Source: Lama guanicoe
Taxonomy: Eukaryota
Direction of reading: 5' to 3'
DNA: 64,000 nt
Assembly: GCA_013239625.1 (NCBI GenBank)
Contig: MU054001.1
Location: forward strand, 6,869,078 to 6,933,077
Shown: piece by piece, positions 51,496 to 64,000 of the stretch
Position numbering within the stretch: the first letter of the stretch is position 1
Layout of the letters: every line of letters begins with the position of its first letter
Notes under the pieces: model-generated
Told to the model about the DNA's origin: nothing
Databases searched by the model: none
The model's input: the letters and a program-made list of their open reading frames with translations, nothing else
Made by a program: the position numbers and the translations under genes

Positions 51496-54400
51496 ATTAT
51501 GGGATACAACTCACCCGTAAGAAAGAAGGATATTTTGCCATTTGTGGCCCTTCATTCACTTTTTTTCACTTCAAAAACCAGAATTTTATAACTGACATAA
51601 ACATTTTCATTGCATCAAAAGCAACAAAATATCTAGAAATAAACTTAACCAAGGAGGTTACCTATACTCTGAAATCTGTAGAACGTTGGTGAATGAAATG
51701 GAAGATAATACAAAAAAATAGAAAGATATCTTGTGCTCTGGGGTTGAAAGAAATGGAAAAATACCTCATGCTCTGGGACTGAAAGAATCAACATTATCAA
51801 AATTGTCATACTTCCCAAAGCAATCCACAGATCCAACGCAATTCCTGTCAAAATATGACATTCTTCACAGAACTAGAACAAACCATTCCAACATTTATAT
51901 GAAATCATAAAAGCAATCTGCCAAAGTGGTCTTTTGTAGTTCTTCCCCCCGACCCCACTCTTTCTTCTTTTTATTCTCTTTTCTTATGGTTTGATGACTA
52001 GAGAAAGTCCTTTAACATTTGTTGTAAAGCTGGTTTGGTGGTGCTGAATTCTTTTAGCTTTAGTTTGTGAAGCTTTTGTTTTCTTCAAGTCTGAATGAGA
52101 GCCTTCCTGAATAGAGTATCTTGGTTGTAAGTTTTTCCCTTTCATACTTTAAATATATTGTGCCACTCCCTTCTGGCCTGTAGAGTTTCTGCTGTAGAAT
52201 CAGCTGATAAACCTTATGGGAGTTCCCTTGTATGTTATTTGTTGCTTTTCTCTTGCTTTTTAGTATTTTCTCCTTATCCTTAATTTTTGTCATTTGATGA
52301 CTGTGTGCCTTGGTGTGTTCCTCTTTGGGTTGATCTTGTGTGGAACTCTGCGCTTCCTGGACTTGGGTGACTTTCCTTTCCCAAGTTGGGGAAGTTTTTG
52401 GTTATTATCTTTCTAAACTCAGGTCCTTTCTCTCTTCTTCTGGGACCCCTATATTGCAATATTAGTGTGCTTCGTGTTGTCCCAGAGTTCTCTTAAACTA
52501 ATCTCACTTCTTTTCATTCTTTTTTTCTGTTTTGCAGTAGTGATTCCCACTAATCTGTCTTCTATCTCATTGATCTGTTCTTCCTCATTAGTATATTGGT
52601 TCCTTCTAGTGTGTTACTCATTTCAGTGATTTTATTCTTCAACTCTGGGTATTTATATTTTTCAACTCTTTGCTAAAAACTTCTCTATTTGCATCTATAC
52701 TCCTCTTGAGTTCTCTGACCATCTTCACCATCATTACTTTAAACTGTTTCTCAGATAAATTACCTATCTCCTCATCACTTATTTCTTCTGGGATTTTATC
52801 TTGTGCCTTGGCCTGAGATAGTCTTCTGCTGCCTCATATTGCCTATATTTCTGTTTGTATTTTTAGATAGGTTAGTTATGTTTCTCCATCTTGGAGAGGT
52901 GGCCCTTATGGAGACATCCTATGCGTCCCAGCAGTGCACTCCTCTCTTGTCACCCAAGGTCCAGGGTCCAGCCTGTCCCAGTGTAGAGTCTGGCCTGTGT
53001 TTGTGGATTCCTTCCACAGGCTTTGGGATTGTTTCTTTCTTATTTCTAGTATCTGCCCCTGGTGGATGAGGCTGGACTAGAGGCTATGTAGGTTTCCTGG
53101 CAGGAGGAGCCAGTGCCTGCCCACTGCTGGGTGAAACTTGGTCCTGGACCTCTGGTGGGTGGGGCTGTGTCAGAGGCCTTTGTGACTTAGGAAGTCTGCT
53201 GATGGGTGTGGCTGTGTTCCCACCCTGTATGTTATTTGGCTTGAGGCTTCTCTACAGGCTGTTGGGTGGGGCTAGGTCTTGATGCTAATGATCCAATCAA
53301 GATGTCAGCCTCCGAAGCTCATGTAGATTAACACTCCCAGAATGTCCACCACCAGCTTTTATGTCCCTTAGGTGAGCTACAGCCATCCCCTATGTCCCCA
53401 GGAGACCTTCCAAAACCAGCAGGCAGGTCTGGCCCAGGTTCCTATGAAATCACCTCTGCCTTTGGACCTGGCACACTCGAGATTCTGTGTATGCTTCCCA
53501 AGAGAGTGAAGTCTCTGTTTCCCCCAGTCCCATGGGGCTCCTGGAGCTAAGCTCCACTGGCCTTCAAAACCAGATGTCCTGGGGTCTCCTCCTCCCAATG
53601 CCAGAACTCCTGCCTGGGGAGCCTGATGTGGGGCTTAGAACTCTCACTCCTGTGGAAGTGCCTCTGTGACTTAAATTATTCTTCAGCTGTGGGTCTCCTG
53701 CCCTGGGGGTATAGGGCCTGATTATATCGCGAGCACACCCATCCTACTGTCCTGCTGTGGTTCCCTCTTTATGTTTCCAGTTGCAGAAAGTCTTTTTTGC
53801 TAGGTTCCAGTCTTTTTTTGATGATTCTTTAGCAGTCAGTTGTGGTTTCCTTGTAGTCACAAGAGGTGAGCTCATGATCCTACCACTTGGTCGTCTCTGC
53901 TCTCCCTCATCCATTAAAATTTGATCATGAGATTACAGCATTTCAGTCACATCTTTGGGCTCACTTCTGATTCTAGTTCTCAGTTTACTGTTTCCATCAC
54001 ATCTTTCGATACTCCACTGAAGTCTTAAACCCCTCAATCTCATCCGTGATGGTTGGAATTAACTTCTTCCACTTCTGTGTATTTTTACTTTTTCCAATGA
54101 ATCACAAATGTTTTGAATGGCATCTAGAATGATTAATTCTTTCCAGAAGTTTTTCAGTTTACCTAGATCCATCAGAGGAGTTACCATCTATGGTAGCTAT
54201 AGCCTTATGAAATGTATTTCTTAAATAATAGGACTTAAAAGTTGAAATTACTCTTTGATCCATGGGCTACAGAATGGATGTCATCTTAGGCATGAAAACA
54301 TTAATCTCGTTATGCGTTTCCATCAGAGCTCTTGAGTGACCAAGGTGCATAGTCAATGAGCATTTTGAAAGGACTTTTTCTGAGCGGTAGGTCTCAATAG

Positions 54401-55654
54401 TTAGCTCTAAATATTCAGTAAGCCATGTTGTAAACAAATGTACTGTCATTCAGGCTTTGTCGTTCCATTCATAGAGCACAGGCAGAGTAGATGAAGCTTA
54501 ATGTTTAAGGGTCCTATGGTTTTCAGAATGGTAAACAAGCACTGGCTTCAATCTTAATTTACCAGCTGCATTAATCCCTAGCAAGAGAGTCAGCCTGTAC
54601 TTTGAAGTTTGATGGCAGGCATTGACTTTTCTCTAGCATGAAAGTCCTAGATGACATCTTCCAATATAAGGCTGTTTCATCTACAATGAAAAATCTGTTG
54701 TCTAGTGTAACCTCCTTCATTAATTATCTTAGCTAGATCTTCTGGATAACTTGTTGCAGCTTCTACGTCAGCACATGCTGCTTCACCTTGCACTCTTACA
54801 TTATGGGGACAGCTTTTTTCTCCTAAACCTCATTGAACTAACCTCTTCTCTTAGCTTCAGACTTTTATTCTGCAGCTCCTTCACCTCTCAGCCTTCATGG
54901 AATTAAGAAGGGTTAGAGTCTTGCTCTGGGTTAGGCTTTGGCTTAAGGGAATGTTATGGCTGGTTTGATCTTCTATTCATATAGAAGATCTCCATGTCAG
55001 CCATAAGGCTGTTTCATTTTCTTACCAGTCGTGTATTCACTGGAGTAGTACCTTTAATTTCCTTCAAGCACGTTCCCTTTGCATTCACAGGTTGGCTAAC
55101 TGTTGGTGCAAGAGGCTGAGCTTTTAGCCTGTCTTGGCTTTTGGCATGCCTTCTTCCCTGAGCTTAATTGCTTCTACCTTTTGATTTAAAGTGAGAGACA
55201 TGTGACTTCTTTCACTTAAACACTTAAGAGTCTATTCAGAGTTGTTAATTGGCCTAATTTCAATATTGTTGTGTCTCAAGGAATAGGGAGACCAGAGCAG
55301 AGAGAGAGATACAGGGAATGACTGGTTGGTGGAGCAGTCAGAATACACGCAACATTTATTAAATTTATTGTTTTATATGGGTGAGGTTTCTTGCACCCCA
55401 AAACAATTACAGTAGTAACATTAAAGATCACTGATTGCAGATAACCATAATAAATATAATAAAATATAATAATAATGAGAAAGTTTGATATGTGAGAATT
55501 ACCAAAATGTGACATACAGACAAAAAGTGAGCAAATGCTGTTTTAAAAATGGTGCTGACGGACTTGCTTGATATAGGCTTGCTACAAACCTTCAGTTTGT
55601 AAAAAATACAGTATCTGTACAGATACAGAAGCTCAGTAAAACAAGGTATACCTG
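50534..55654 (-). mobile_element. Near full-length decayed Tigger1, split by a 2.8 kb retro-insertion
   Basis: Termini CAGGCATACCT and AGGTATACCTG; minus-strand transposase remnants (MTTKDSDYYINLLDKAAA; MTVHLFTTWLTEY). Confidence 0.9.
51113..53904 (-). mobile_element. L1-derived composite retroelement (5' UTR + ORF1, no sense ORF2; half-L1-like)
   Basis: 14-bp TSD CCTCATCCATTAAA (51099-51112 and 53905-53918); ORF1 remnant MTKIKDKEKILK...ILYSGRLSF. Confidence 0.75.
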
Positions 55655-57264
55655 CTTAGGTCCCCAGAGGAAGCAAGAACAGCTTATGGAGTAGGCATCT
55701 CTTTAAAGAATTATTGATGTCAGAGTCTATCCATTTAAAGCTGAAGGCCCTTAGAAGAAAGTCATGTTAAAAGTAGTCATTGAACACAATAAGGGAGAAG
55801 ACTGGTGACTAAGCTGGAGTTTGCTCTTTAGAAAAGTAATTGTTTCAGATTCTCATAATGTTAGATCATTGGTTTACTTAAAAAGTAATTTGACGGAGGG
55901 CCAAATTAGGCTTCCTCTGTTAGTGATGTAAACTATGTAACCAACTTATCTAAAAATCATATTCGCTGATAACTATGTTTATAAGCTATCACATGATAAA
56001 GCTGAACTTGTCTAGGTATGTTGTATTGGCCTCAGAAAATTTCTCATTGGTGTTGAGGAAACCTCTTTTGTCAGCAGATATCCTAAAAGCATAATGATAG
56101 TAGTTTAATTACATAATCCAAACTTCACTCTGCTTCAATATTTATAAATGATATGTTTATTTAAAATGTGCTGAAATGATTCCATTATTAGATTAGATCT
56201 GTTGCAGATATGTTCGTTCTTAAGTGTGAGCAAGATGAAATGAAAGTTATGTGAAAGCTGTTAGGTTAAACTTCACTAATTTGTATGTTTACCTCCCCAC
56301 CTAATCCCATAACTAGTCCACAAGGTTCTGGGGGGCAGTTGAATGTTTGAGATTTGATTTTGTGTGCTTTTTTATTTTTAAAGCCTGAACATTTCTTGTA
56401 TTTCTATGGGCAGGGAAGCCTTAGGTTGTATTTAAATATAAGTTATCTAAAAGTAAGGGAAATACTGCAAATTATTTCTGTAGCAATCAGTGGAAATGAT
56501 CAAGCAGCTTAAGGCAGTTTATATCATGATGAAACAAAGTATTTAATTACAAATGACTTAAAAATTTAGCCAGAGTAAATTCACATTTATTTAAATTTCA
56601 GAAACACTTTAAAAAATAATGGTTGGTATGGCATGTCATCTGTGTTTCTTCCTAAAAGTACTAGGTGTTTTTCCTGAGATAAAAATTCCAATGGAAAAGT
56701 TCTTGGCTTTCTAAATCTGGTAATTGTACTTGATTCTCCAGTTCTGGCGGTAGAAGTACTTTAGCAATATATGTAATTTTTACTTTTTTCTCAACCTGCT
56801 TGTTTATCCTTTTAATTTAGAGAAATTAAACTCTTTACATACTTCATATGAAAGTATTAATCAAATTTGTTTGATTCTGCATGCAAAATATGCTCAAGAT
56901 ACAGGTGATTTCACTTACACTAACAAATTTAATATGTTCTTTCTTAAAATATTTGTCTATCATTCTTGGAAATTCTTCTAAAATTATGATTTCCATTTTA
57001 CCTTCTGGTTTTGGTTTGATGTCTAATTTTCTTGAAATTTCACAACCATTTTCTATCACTTTTGCCTTTGAAAATTGTAGTTTTTTATAAATGAATCTCT
57101 TATTTCAATTAATTAAAAAAATTTTGTGTTGTAGTTGGGTGTTTTTCTCTTTTACTACTGTTATTAAATGCCTTGTTTTTATATTTGGAGGTATGTATCT
57201 ATATATATTATGTATATGTTTACGTATTTATTTTACTTTTTAAAGTTATTCTTTTGTGTTTTTT

Positions 57265-57415
57265 TAAATTAAAATTTTTTTTATTTTATTTTTTATGGGG
57301 AGATAATTAGGTTTATTTATTATTTTTATTATTTATTTAACAGATGTACTGGGGATCAAACCCATGACCTTGTGCATGCTAAGCATGCGTTCTACCACTG
57401 AACTATACCCTCCCC
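57265..57415 (-). mobile_element. tRNA-derived SINE (vic-1-like)
   Basis: Same head and AT-rich tail. Confidence 0.85.
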
Positions 57416-57689
57416 TCTTTTGTTTTGTTTTAACACACTTATTTTAGTTTATTAGTAGTATTTATTGCTCAGATGTTGCAAACTACAATAATGAGTATCC
57501 TAACATACAAATTAAACTGTCTGGAGTGAGAAGTATGAGACACATAACAGAGACTCTAGGCTGGACTGGAATAATTTTTTTTTAACCACAGTCACATATT
57601 TTCCTTTTGTATTATAAGGAATCTAATTTATCCTCTTACATTTGAGGGGTCCCCCTGCCACACCCTTCATGTTTTATTAGTTTACAGCC

Positions 57690-60600
57690 TCTGTGCCTTT
57701 TATTTCCTTGCCTTATTGCAGTAGCAAGGAATTCAGTACAGTGTTGAAAAAGAATGGTGAGAGAGGAGAGCCTTGCCTTGATTCCAGTTTTGATGTGGGG
57801 GGAACACTCAGTCTTACAACTTTAAGTATGATGTTAATTGTAGAGTTTTGCTGTAGAGTACGCATTTATCAAATTGAGGAAATTCCTGTCTATTGTTGCT
57901 TGCTGAGAGATTTTAATGACTAGATGCTGAATTTTGTCTGATGGGTTTTCCACATAAATTGATATGATTTTTCCCCCTTTAAACTGTTAATATGATAGGT
58001 CAAATTGATTCTTTTGATTGAGCCAGACCTGCATTTCTGATATAAACCTTACTTGGTTGTGTTGTATTATTATTTTTTGATATTGATGAAAATAATTTGT
58101 TGAGGATTTTTATGTCTGTATTCATGAAGGGTATTGAATTGTAGTGCATTTGTAATGTCTTTATCTGGCATCGGAATCAGATAGTACTGGTTTCTTATAA
58201 TGAGTTGGGAAGTGTTCTATCCTTTTCTATTTCCTGGAAGAGATTGTGTAGAATTAGTTATTCTTTAAATGTTTGCTAGAATCTGCCATTGAAACTACTG
58301 GGGCCTAGAGATTCCTGTTTCAAAAGGATTTTATCAATTCAGTTTCTTTAATAGTTATTGAACAATTCCAAGTATCTATTTCTATTTGGGTGAGATTTGG
58401 TAGTTTGTGATTTTCAAAAAGTTGGTCCATTTCATCTAAGTTGTTGAATTTATGTGTGTAGAATTGTTTATAGTATTTCCTTTTTAATGTTTTGGGGATC
58501 AGTGATAGTCCCTCCTTCATTCTTGATGTTAGTGATTTATGTCTTCTCTCTCTTCTTTTCTTTGTCAGTCTTACTAGAGGTTTATTATATTGCTTTTTCA
58601 AAGAACCATCTTATGGTTTATTGATGTCCTCTGTTTTTTTTGTCTGTTTGTTTGTTTTAAGTTTCATTAATTTCTGTTGTTGGAAGCTTAGGTTGTTGGT
58701 TTGAGACTTTTCTAACAGAAGCATAGGATGCTATAAATTTGCCTTTTAGCACTGTACTTGCTTTATCCCCCAAATTTTGTTGTGTTGTGTTTTCATTTTT
58801 GTTCAATTCAGAACATTTTCTAATTTTCCTTGTTATTCCTTCTTTAATTTCCAAATGTTTGGAGGCTTTTCCAGTTATCTTTCTGTTATTGATTGATAGT
58901 TTAATTTCACTGTCATCAGAGAACATAATTTCGTATGATTTTAGATTCTTTTAAAATTGTTATTAGGACCTAAGATATGGTCTGTCCTTGCTAAGTGTTC
59001 CATGTGCACTTGAAAAGAATGTGGTTTCTGCTGATATTGTTCAGTTTTGTATCCTTGCTGACTTTCTACTATTGTTATCTATTACTGAGAGAGTGCTGAA
59101 ATCTCCAACTATAATTATGGATCTGTCTCTTTTTCCTTTTGGCTCTGTCAATTTTTGTTTCATGTATTTTGAAGCTCTGTGGTTGGGTACATAAATACCT
59201 ATGATTGTTATGTTGTCTTGGTGAATTGACCCTTTTATCATTAAATAGTGTCTGTCTATAATTTCTGGTAATTTTCTTTGCTCTGTAGTACTTGGTCTGA
59301 TATTAATACCTTATATAACCAATCTGCTTTCTTTTGATTAGTGTTTGCATGGTACATCTTTTCCATTCTTTTGAATTTTTCTTGAAGTACAGTTTTTAAT
59401 CTACTTCTACCATTATATTTAAAGTAAATTTCTTGTAGAGAGCATATAGCGATTTATGTTTCAATTTTTCTGAAAATCTCTGTATATTGGCATATTTAGA
59501 CCATTTGTATTTATTTATATGTTTGGATTTAGATCTGCCATTTTATTGTTTTTGTTATGAGTTCTCTCTTTTCTTCTTTTTCCCTTTTTCTGCCCTCTTT
59601 TGGATTTCTTGAATTTTTTTAGTATTCTATTTAAACTTATCTATTGTGTTTTTTGACTAATATTACTTTGGATAGCTTTTTTAGTGGTTGCTCTAGAGAT
59701 TACTCTAAGCATTCTTAAACTTCTACAGTTTATTTTAAATCAATATTTTCCTAATTCAAATGGAATGTAGAAAACTTATCACCACTTCTATCTCTTTACC
59801 CTCTACTCTTTCTGTTACAGAGGTCTTACAAATGACAAAATCCATCAGATAATGTTGTCTATTTTGCTTACAACTATTATACATATTTTTAAGAAGTTAA
59901 GAGGAGAACAGTGTCTTATATTTACTTGGATATGTATCATTTATCTTGCTCCTTCTTGACTCCTCATGTTCTAAATTTCCATTGGTATTATGTCCTTTCC
60001 ACGTCTTTTAGCATTTCTTTTAGAGCTGATCTGTTGACAGTTAATTCTTGTAATTTACCTTCATCTGAGAATGTTTTCATTCATGAAAAATATTTTTGTA
60101 GGATATAAAATTCTAGGTTGACAGTTCTTTTCTTTCAGTACATTAAAAATTCCATTACTTCCTTCTGGCCTCCAAGATTTCTGATGAGAATTTCACAATT
60201 TTTCTTCTCTGGCTGCTTTCAGGAGTCTTTGCTTTGTCCTTCTCTTTATCAGTTTGATTATAATGTATATGAGTATGGATTTCTTTGAATTTATCCAAAT
60301 TGGGATTTGCTGAGCTTCTTGAATGTGTAAGTACATCTTTCACCAAATTTGTATAAAAATTTCAACTATTCAAATATTTTTTCTGTTCCACCTCCTTTCA
60401 CTTCTCCTAAGACTCCAATGATACAAATGTTAAACTTTTTGTATTGTCTCACGGATCTCAGAGATTCTGTTCATTTTTCAGATATTTTCTCTGCTCAGAT
60501 TGGATAATTTCTATTGATATATTTCAAGTTCACAAGCTCACTGACTCCTCTTTTATCTCTAGTCTGCAGAGTCCATCCAATGAATTTCTTATATTTATTT

Positions 60601-61800
60601 TTGTATTCTTTATTTCTAAAATGGCCACTTGATTTTTTATTTTTGTCTTCTATTTCCTTCCTGAAAATTTCTTTCCATTTGCTTCCAAAAGTATTCATCC
60701 TTAACGTGTGGTTATAATAGCTGCTTTAGCATATTTCTCTGGTTACTCTAACATTTGTGTCATGTCATGATTGGTTTCTGTTGATTGTTGAGTCGAGATT
60801 TATTCTAGATCTTTGTATGCCAAATAATTTTGAATTTCATCCTTGACATTTTGAACATTGTGTTTGAATCTCTGGATAACTAAGGGTACTATTGATTTTG
60901 GTTGTTTTAGTAGGCAGTCAGTCAGGTTAGGTTCAGGCTGCACACTCTGGTGTTTCTGTGAGCTGTGGCTCTGGTACCAGTTTAGTTTCTAAGTGTTTGC
61001 AGTGCTATTTGGATCAGCCCTGCATGTGTACTACCCAGTGGCAAATCTGGGATCTGGGCCGTACTTTACCATACAACTCATTTCTCAAAACTTGTGCTGT
61101 GTTATTTATGGTCTGATCCATGCATCTGCAGCTCAGAGGTGAGACCAGTAATTCAGACTTTATGACATAAGTGTCTTCATTTTCCTTCTTTTCACAATTT
61201 CCTTGACACTTTTTGGTTTCCTAGGGCCTCCCTTCCTAATCCTTCATCCAGAAAGCTGACGCTTTAGTTTCTCCTCACTGCTGCGGACTTTCTGTGACTG
61301 CATCTGTGGCTAAGAGGTGACAAGTCAGAGAGAGAAGAAAAGCAATGGGGATTTGCCTATGTTCTCATGATCATATTCTGGTCAGAGAGAAGGGATCTGC
61401 TTACTCTGAACTCTCTGGAGTTTAGATGCCTTTCCAGATGTGGCTGCTGTGGTATTAACTGGCAGCTTGGATGGTAGAGAAGGGAGAAAAATCAAAGAAG
61501 GCGAAAAAAGAGAGACATAACATACTCTCTTTCATCTTTAGGAGTCGCATTTCTCACTCTTCAGTTCAGAAAGGGAGGTCGTATGTTTTCTCCTTTTGTG
61601 TGCTCTTGGTGCCACTTCTGTGTTTCAAACTGCTTTTGGGTCCAGGACAGATGATAACGTAGGAAAAAGAACTATAAAGTTTTCACCAGTTCTGTAGAAT
61701 TTAGAATTCGAGTCTACTTTCCCAGTTCAGTTACTACCATTTACATTTCAGAATCCTTGGGTACATGGCTTCGTGCATTCTGTCTACGATTTAAAGTTGC
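57690..61800 (-). mobile_element. Old antisense L1 (ORF2 endonuclease/RT parts, ORF1, probable 5' region)
   Basis: MIKGSIHQDNITIIGIYVPNHRASKYMKQKLTE...IIVGDFSTLS (L1 endonuclease); YYKQFYTHKFNNLDEMD. Confidence 0.85.
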
Positions 61801-62989
61801 ATTCAGTGGAAGAGACAGGTATGTTACTTACTCTGCATCTTTGGAATTGGAAACTCACAGCTTTTTAATTCAAGTAAAAGCACACTACCATTGCCTACAG
61901 TATGTCTTAAGAGTTCTTCCCACGTCTCAAAGGTTCCTTTCTTTGGAATTTTATGAAGGTAGTGGAAGGTGTTGTTGGGCTAACTAGACTCATATGCATG
62001 GATAAATACAGCTATAGGATAACATAGCAGATTCAGGAATCAATTTCCAATTTTTCTTCACCAAGGAACTAATTATTTGACTGTGGCAAAAAATACTTAT
62101 TCTGGCTCAGCCTAGAACCTCTATTATGTAACTCACATGTTTTTTTGTTCTCAAGTGTTTGCTTCATATGTTAGGACACTCATTATTGTAGTTGTGATCT
62201 TTGAGCAATGGACAAAATTGTTACTCTCCAATACGCTTTTGCAAAATGGTGCTTGTATGATGCTGCATCTCTAACCTGAGTGTTTAGGGCATTTATTTGG
62301 TGGCAGTGTTCTCCATGGCAGTAGTCCTCAATCTGGGAAATGAAAAGAACTTCCAGGGGAATACAAAGGTACCAATATTCTTTTTAACACTTTTATGAGA
62401 TACAATTCACATACCATACAATTCACCTAGTTAAAGTGTACCTTTTGGTTGTTTTTGGTATGTTATATTATTTTAAGAAATTATGATAAAATATGCAGAG
62501 CAAAATTTGCCATTTTTAAGGGTACAATTCAGTGGCATTAATTACATTAACAGTGGCAACCATTATCATCATCTGTTTCTAAGACTTCTTTGTCACTCCA
62601 AATAGAAACTATGTAACTGTTAGGAGAAACTATGTTACTTACTCATTTACAATATGAAAGTCTCCAGTTAATCTACATTTGCCTACACTATAGTTCTTGG
62701 TTCTTTAGAAATATACTTTTGTAACTTTTGTCTTATACTTCCTCCCTTGTGGCTTAAAAAAAATTTTTTTTTACCCTGTGTTTTCAATTTATGGGAGTTC
62801 ATGGCCCTTCTCTTAAGGTTGAGTCCTAAAGATTATCCTTAGAATCTCTTACTAAACTAATATCAACTTTCTAGAATAGAAAAACTAGTTGCTTCAGATT
62901 GATCAGAAATCTACTCTTGGCTCAGTCAGAAATGACCAGCTGAGTGGGGACTAGAATCCCACAGTACAGACATGGCTGCTGAGAGTCTG

Positions 62990-63270
62990 CTGATGTAGAC
63001 CGTGTCAGGGTCATTCCTGGAAAAGGCAGAATGTTTACTAGCCTGATACACATCCAAGAGGTGCTTTCTACACTGTAGACTAAAGCACTGGAAAAAGTTA
63101 TGATGTTCTTGTAAACAAGATGGAGAAACATGAACTGAATCCTGGAGAATCGGGTACAATTGTAAGTAATTCAACAACCAGATCCAAGGAGGGTGAACTG
63201 ATGTTAGCCTGAATGTAGGTCATTAGTGATGAGCTGAAGGGCTTTGCTCACCCTGCCCTGATTTTAGCTT
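62990..63270 (+). mobile_element. L3/CR1 reverse-transcriptase fragment
   Basis: + strand reads YDVLVNKMEKHELN...FNNQIQ, similar to CR1 HDILVDKMEKCGLD...WLNDRTQ. Confidence 0.55.
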
Positions 63271-63932
63271 TTCTCTCCTAGAATGCAAGTGAACACATGA
63301 ACAGAGGCTATGGTCCTTGCTTCCTTGGCGTTATCAGGCCACATTAAGAAAATGGTAGTCATTTGTCATTTTGTGGCCACCCTTAACTCCCCTTCCTGGT
63401 ATACTATCCCCCATTCATGATGGGATGGTAAGTCCAGGGGGCTCCCATTGGATCTCCCCTGGGAATGAGTAATGCAAAGATGGGGAAATGGCTGGTATTC
63501 ACTCATCCCTCCCCTCCCCCTCCCAGCCTTTTCTCTAGTCTCTTCTCCTGAAACCCTCAGTTAGTGAGCATTGTACTTTGGAATTTTATCTGTTCTTTCA
63601 CATTTTCTCTTTTTATTCTATGCTCTAGGGGACTTCCTCTATTTAACCTTATGATTTGTAAACATTTTATTTCAGCTATCGTATTTTAAATTTTTAGTTG
63701 CTTCTCTGATTATTCTTTTTTCAAATCAACCTCCTCTGGTTTTATAAAATCTTTCTTAAATCTCTCTGACTCAAGTTTTCTTCTATTGCCTGATTGTCAT
63801 TGTTTCCACCAGAATTTGTTTTTCACGTTTCTCTATCTTGGTCTTTCCTTCTCAAGCTGCTGGATCTGCTAATATCTTCAGGATCTTTGTTGCTTGTCTG
63901 GTCATATTTAAGAAAGAAGTTCCAGCAACAAG

Positions 63933-64000
63933 ATGGCGGACGAGAGAGACAGGGAAAGCACAGAAATAGCAGTAGCAGAATTGCACAAAAAAATCAAAGA
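63933..64000 (+). pseudogene. EFCAB2: 5' end of an EFCAB2 (DRC8)-like retrocopy, truncated by the window edge: MADERDRESTEIAVAELHKKIK
   Basis: Resembles the recalled EFCAB2 N-terminus MADEKDREEIIVAEFHKKIKE. No CpG island; follows a TTT/AAGAAAG L1-endonuclease-like site. Only 22 codons are visible. Confidence 0.7.

Noticed and set aside
62922..63177. Minus-strand ORFs as exons of a neighbouring gene
   Set aside because: No recognisable protein; the + strand is better explained as a CR1/L3 remnant.

Overview
Mammalian genomic DNA, AT-rich and repeat-dense. It is probably camelid, judging from four copies of a vic-1-like tRNA-derived SINE. The window holds one complete four-exon gene, C16orf87 (UPF0547 zinc-ribbon protein, 154 aa, + strand, CDS 27109-48918), with a CpG-island promoter. 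Upstream on the same strand lies an old partial duplicate of that gene. Its exon-2 copy (11311-11407) is intact, but its exon-3 copy has lost the acceptor AG and gained a stop. The duplicated segment ends abruptly against a ~1.2 kb mariner transposon. A strong acceptor inside the mariner (exon start 19241) joins the exon-2 copy in frame to an uninterrupted transposase DNA-binding domain, while the catalytic half is decayed. This predicts a SETMAR-like host-transposase fusion gene (zinc ribbon + mariner bipartite HTH) whose first exon should lie left of the window. The rest is L1, L2, CR1, Tigger1, hAT and LTR relics, a U6/L1 chimera, an ORF1-only L1 composite, and the 5' end of an EFCAB2 retrocopy at the right edge. 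Repeat family names are recalled, not searched, and many repeat boundaries are approximate.
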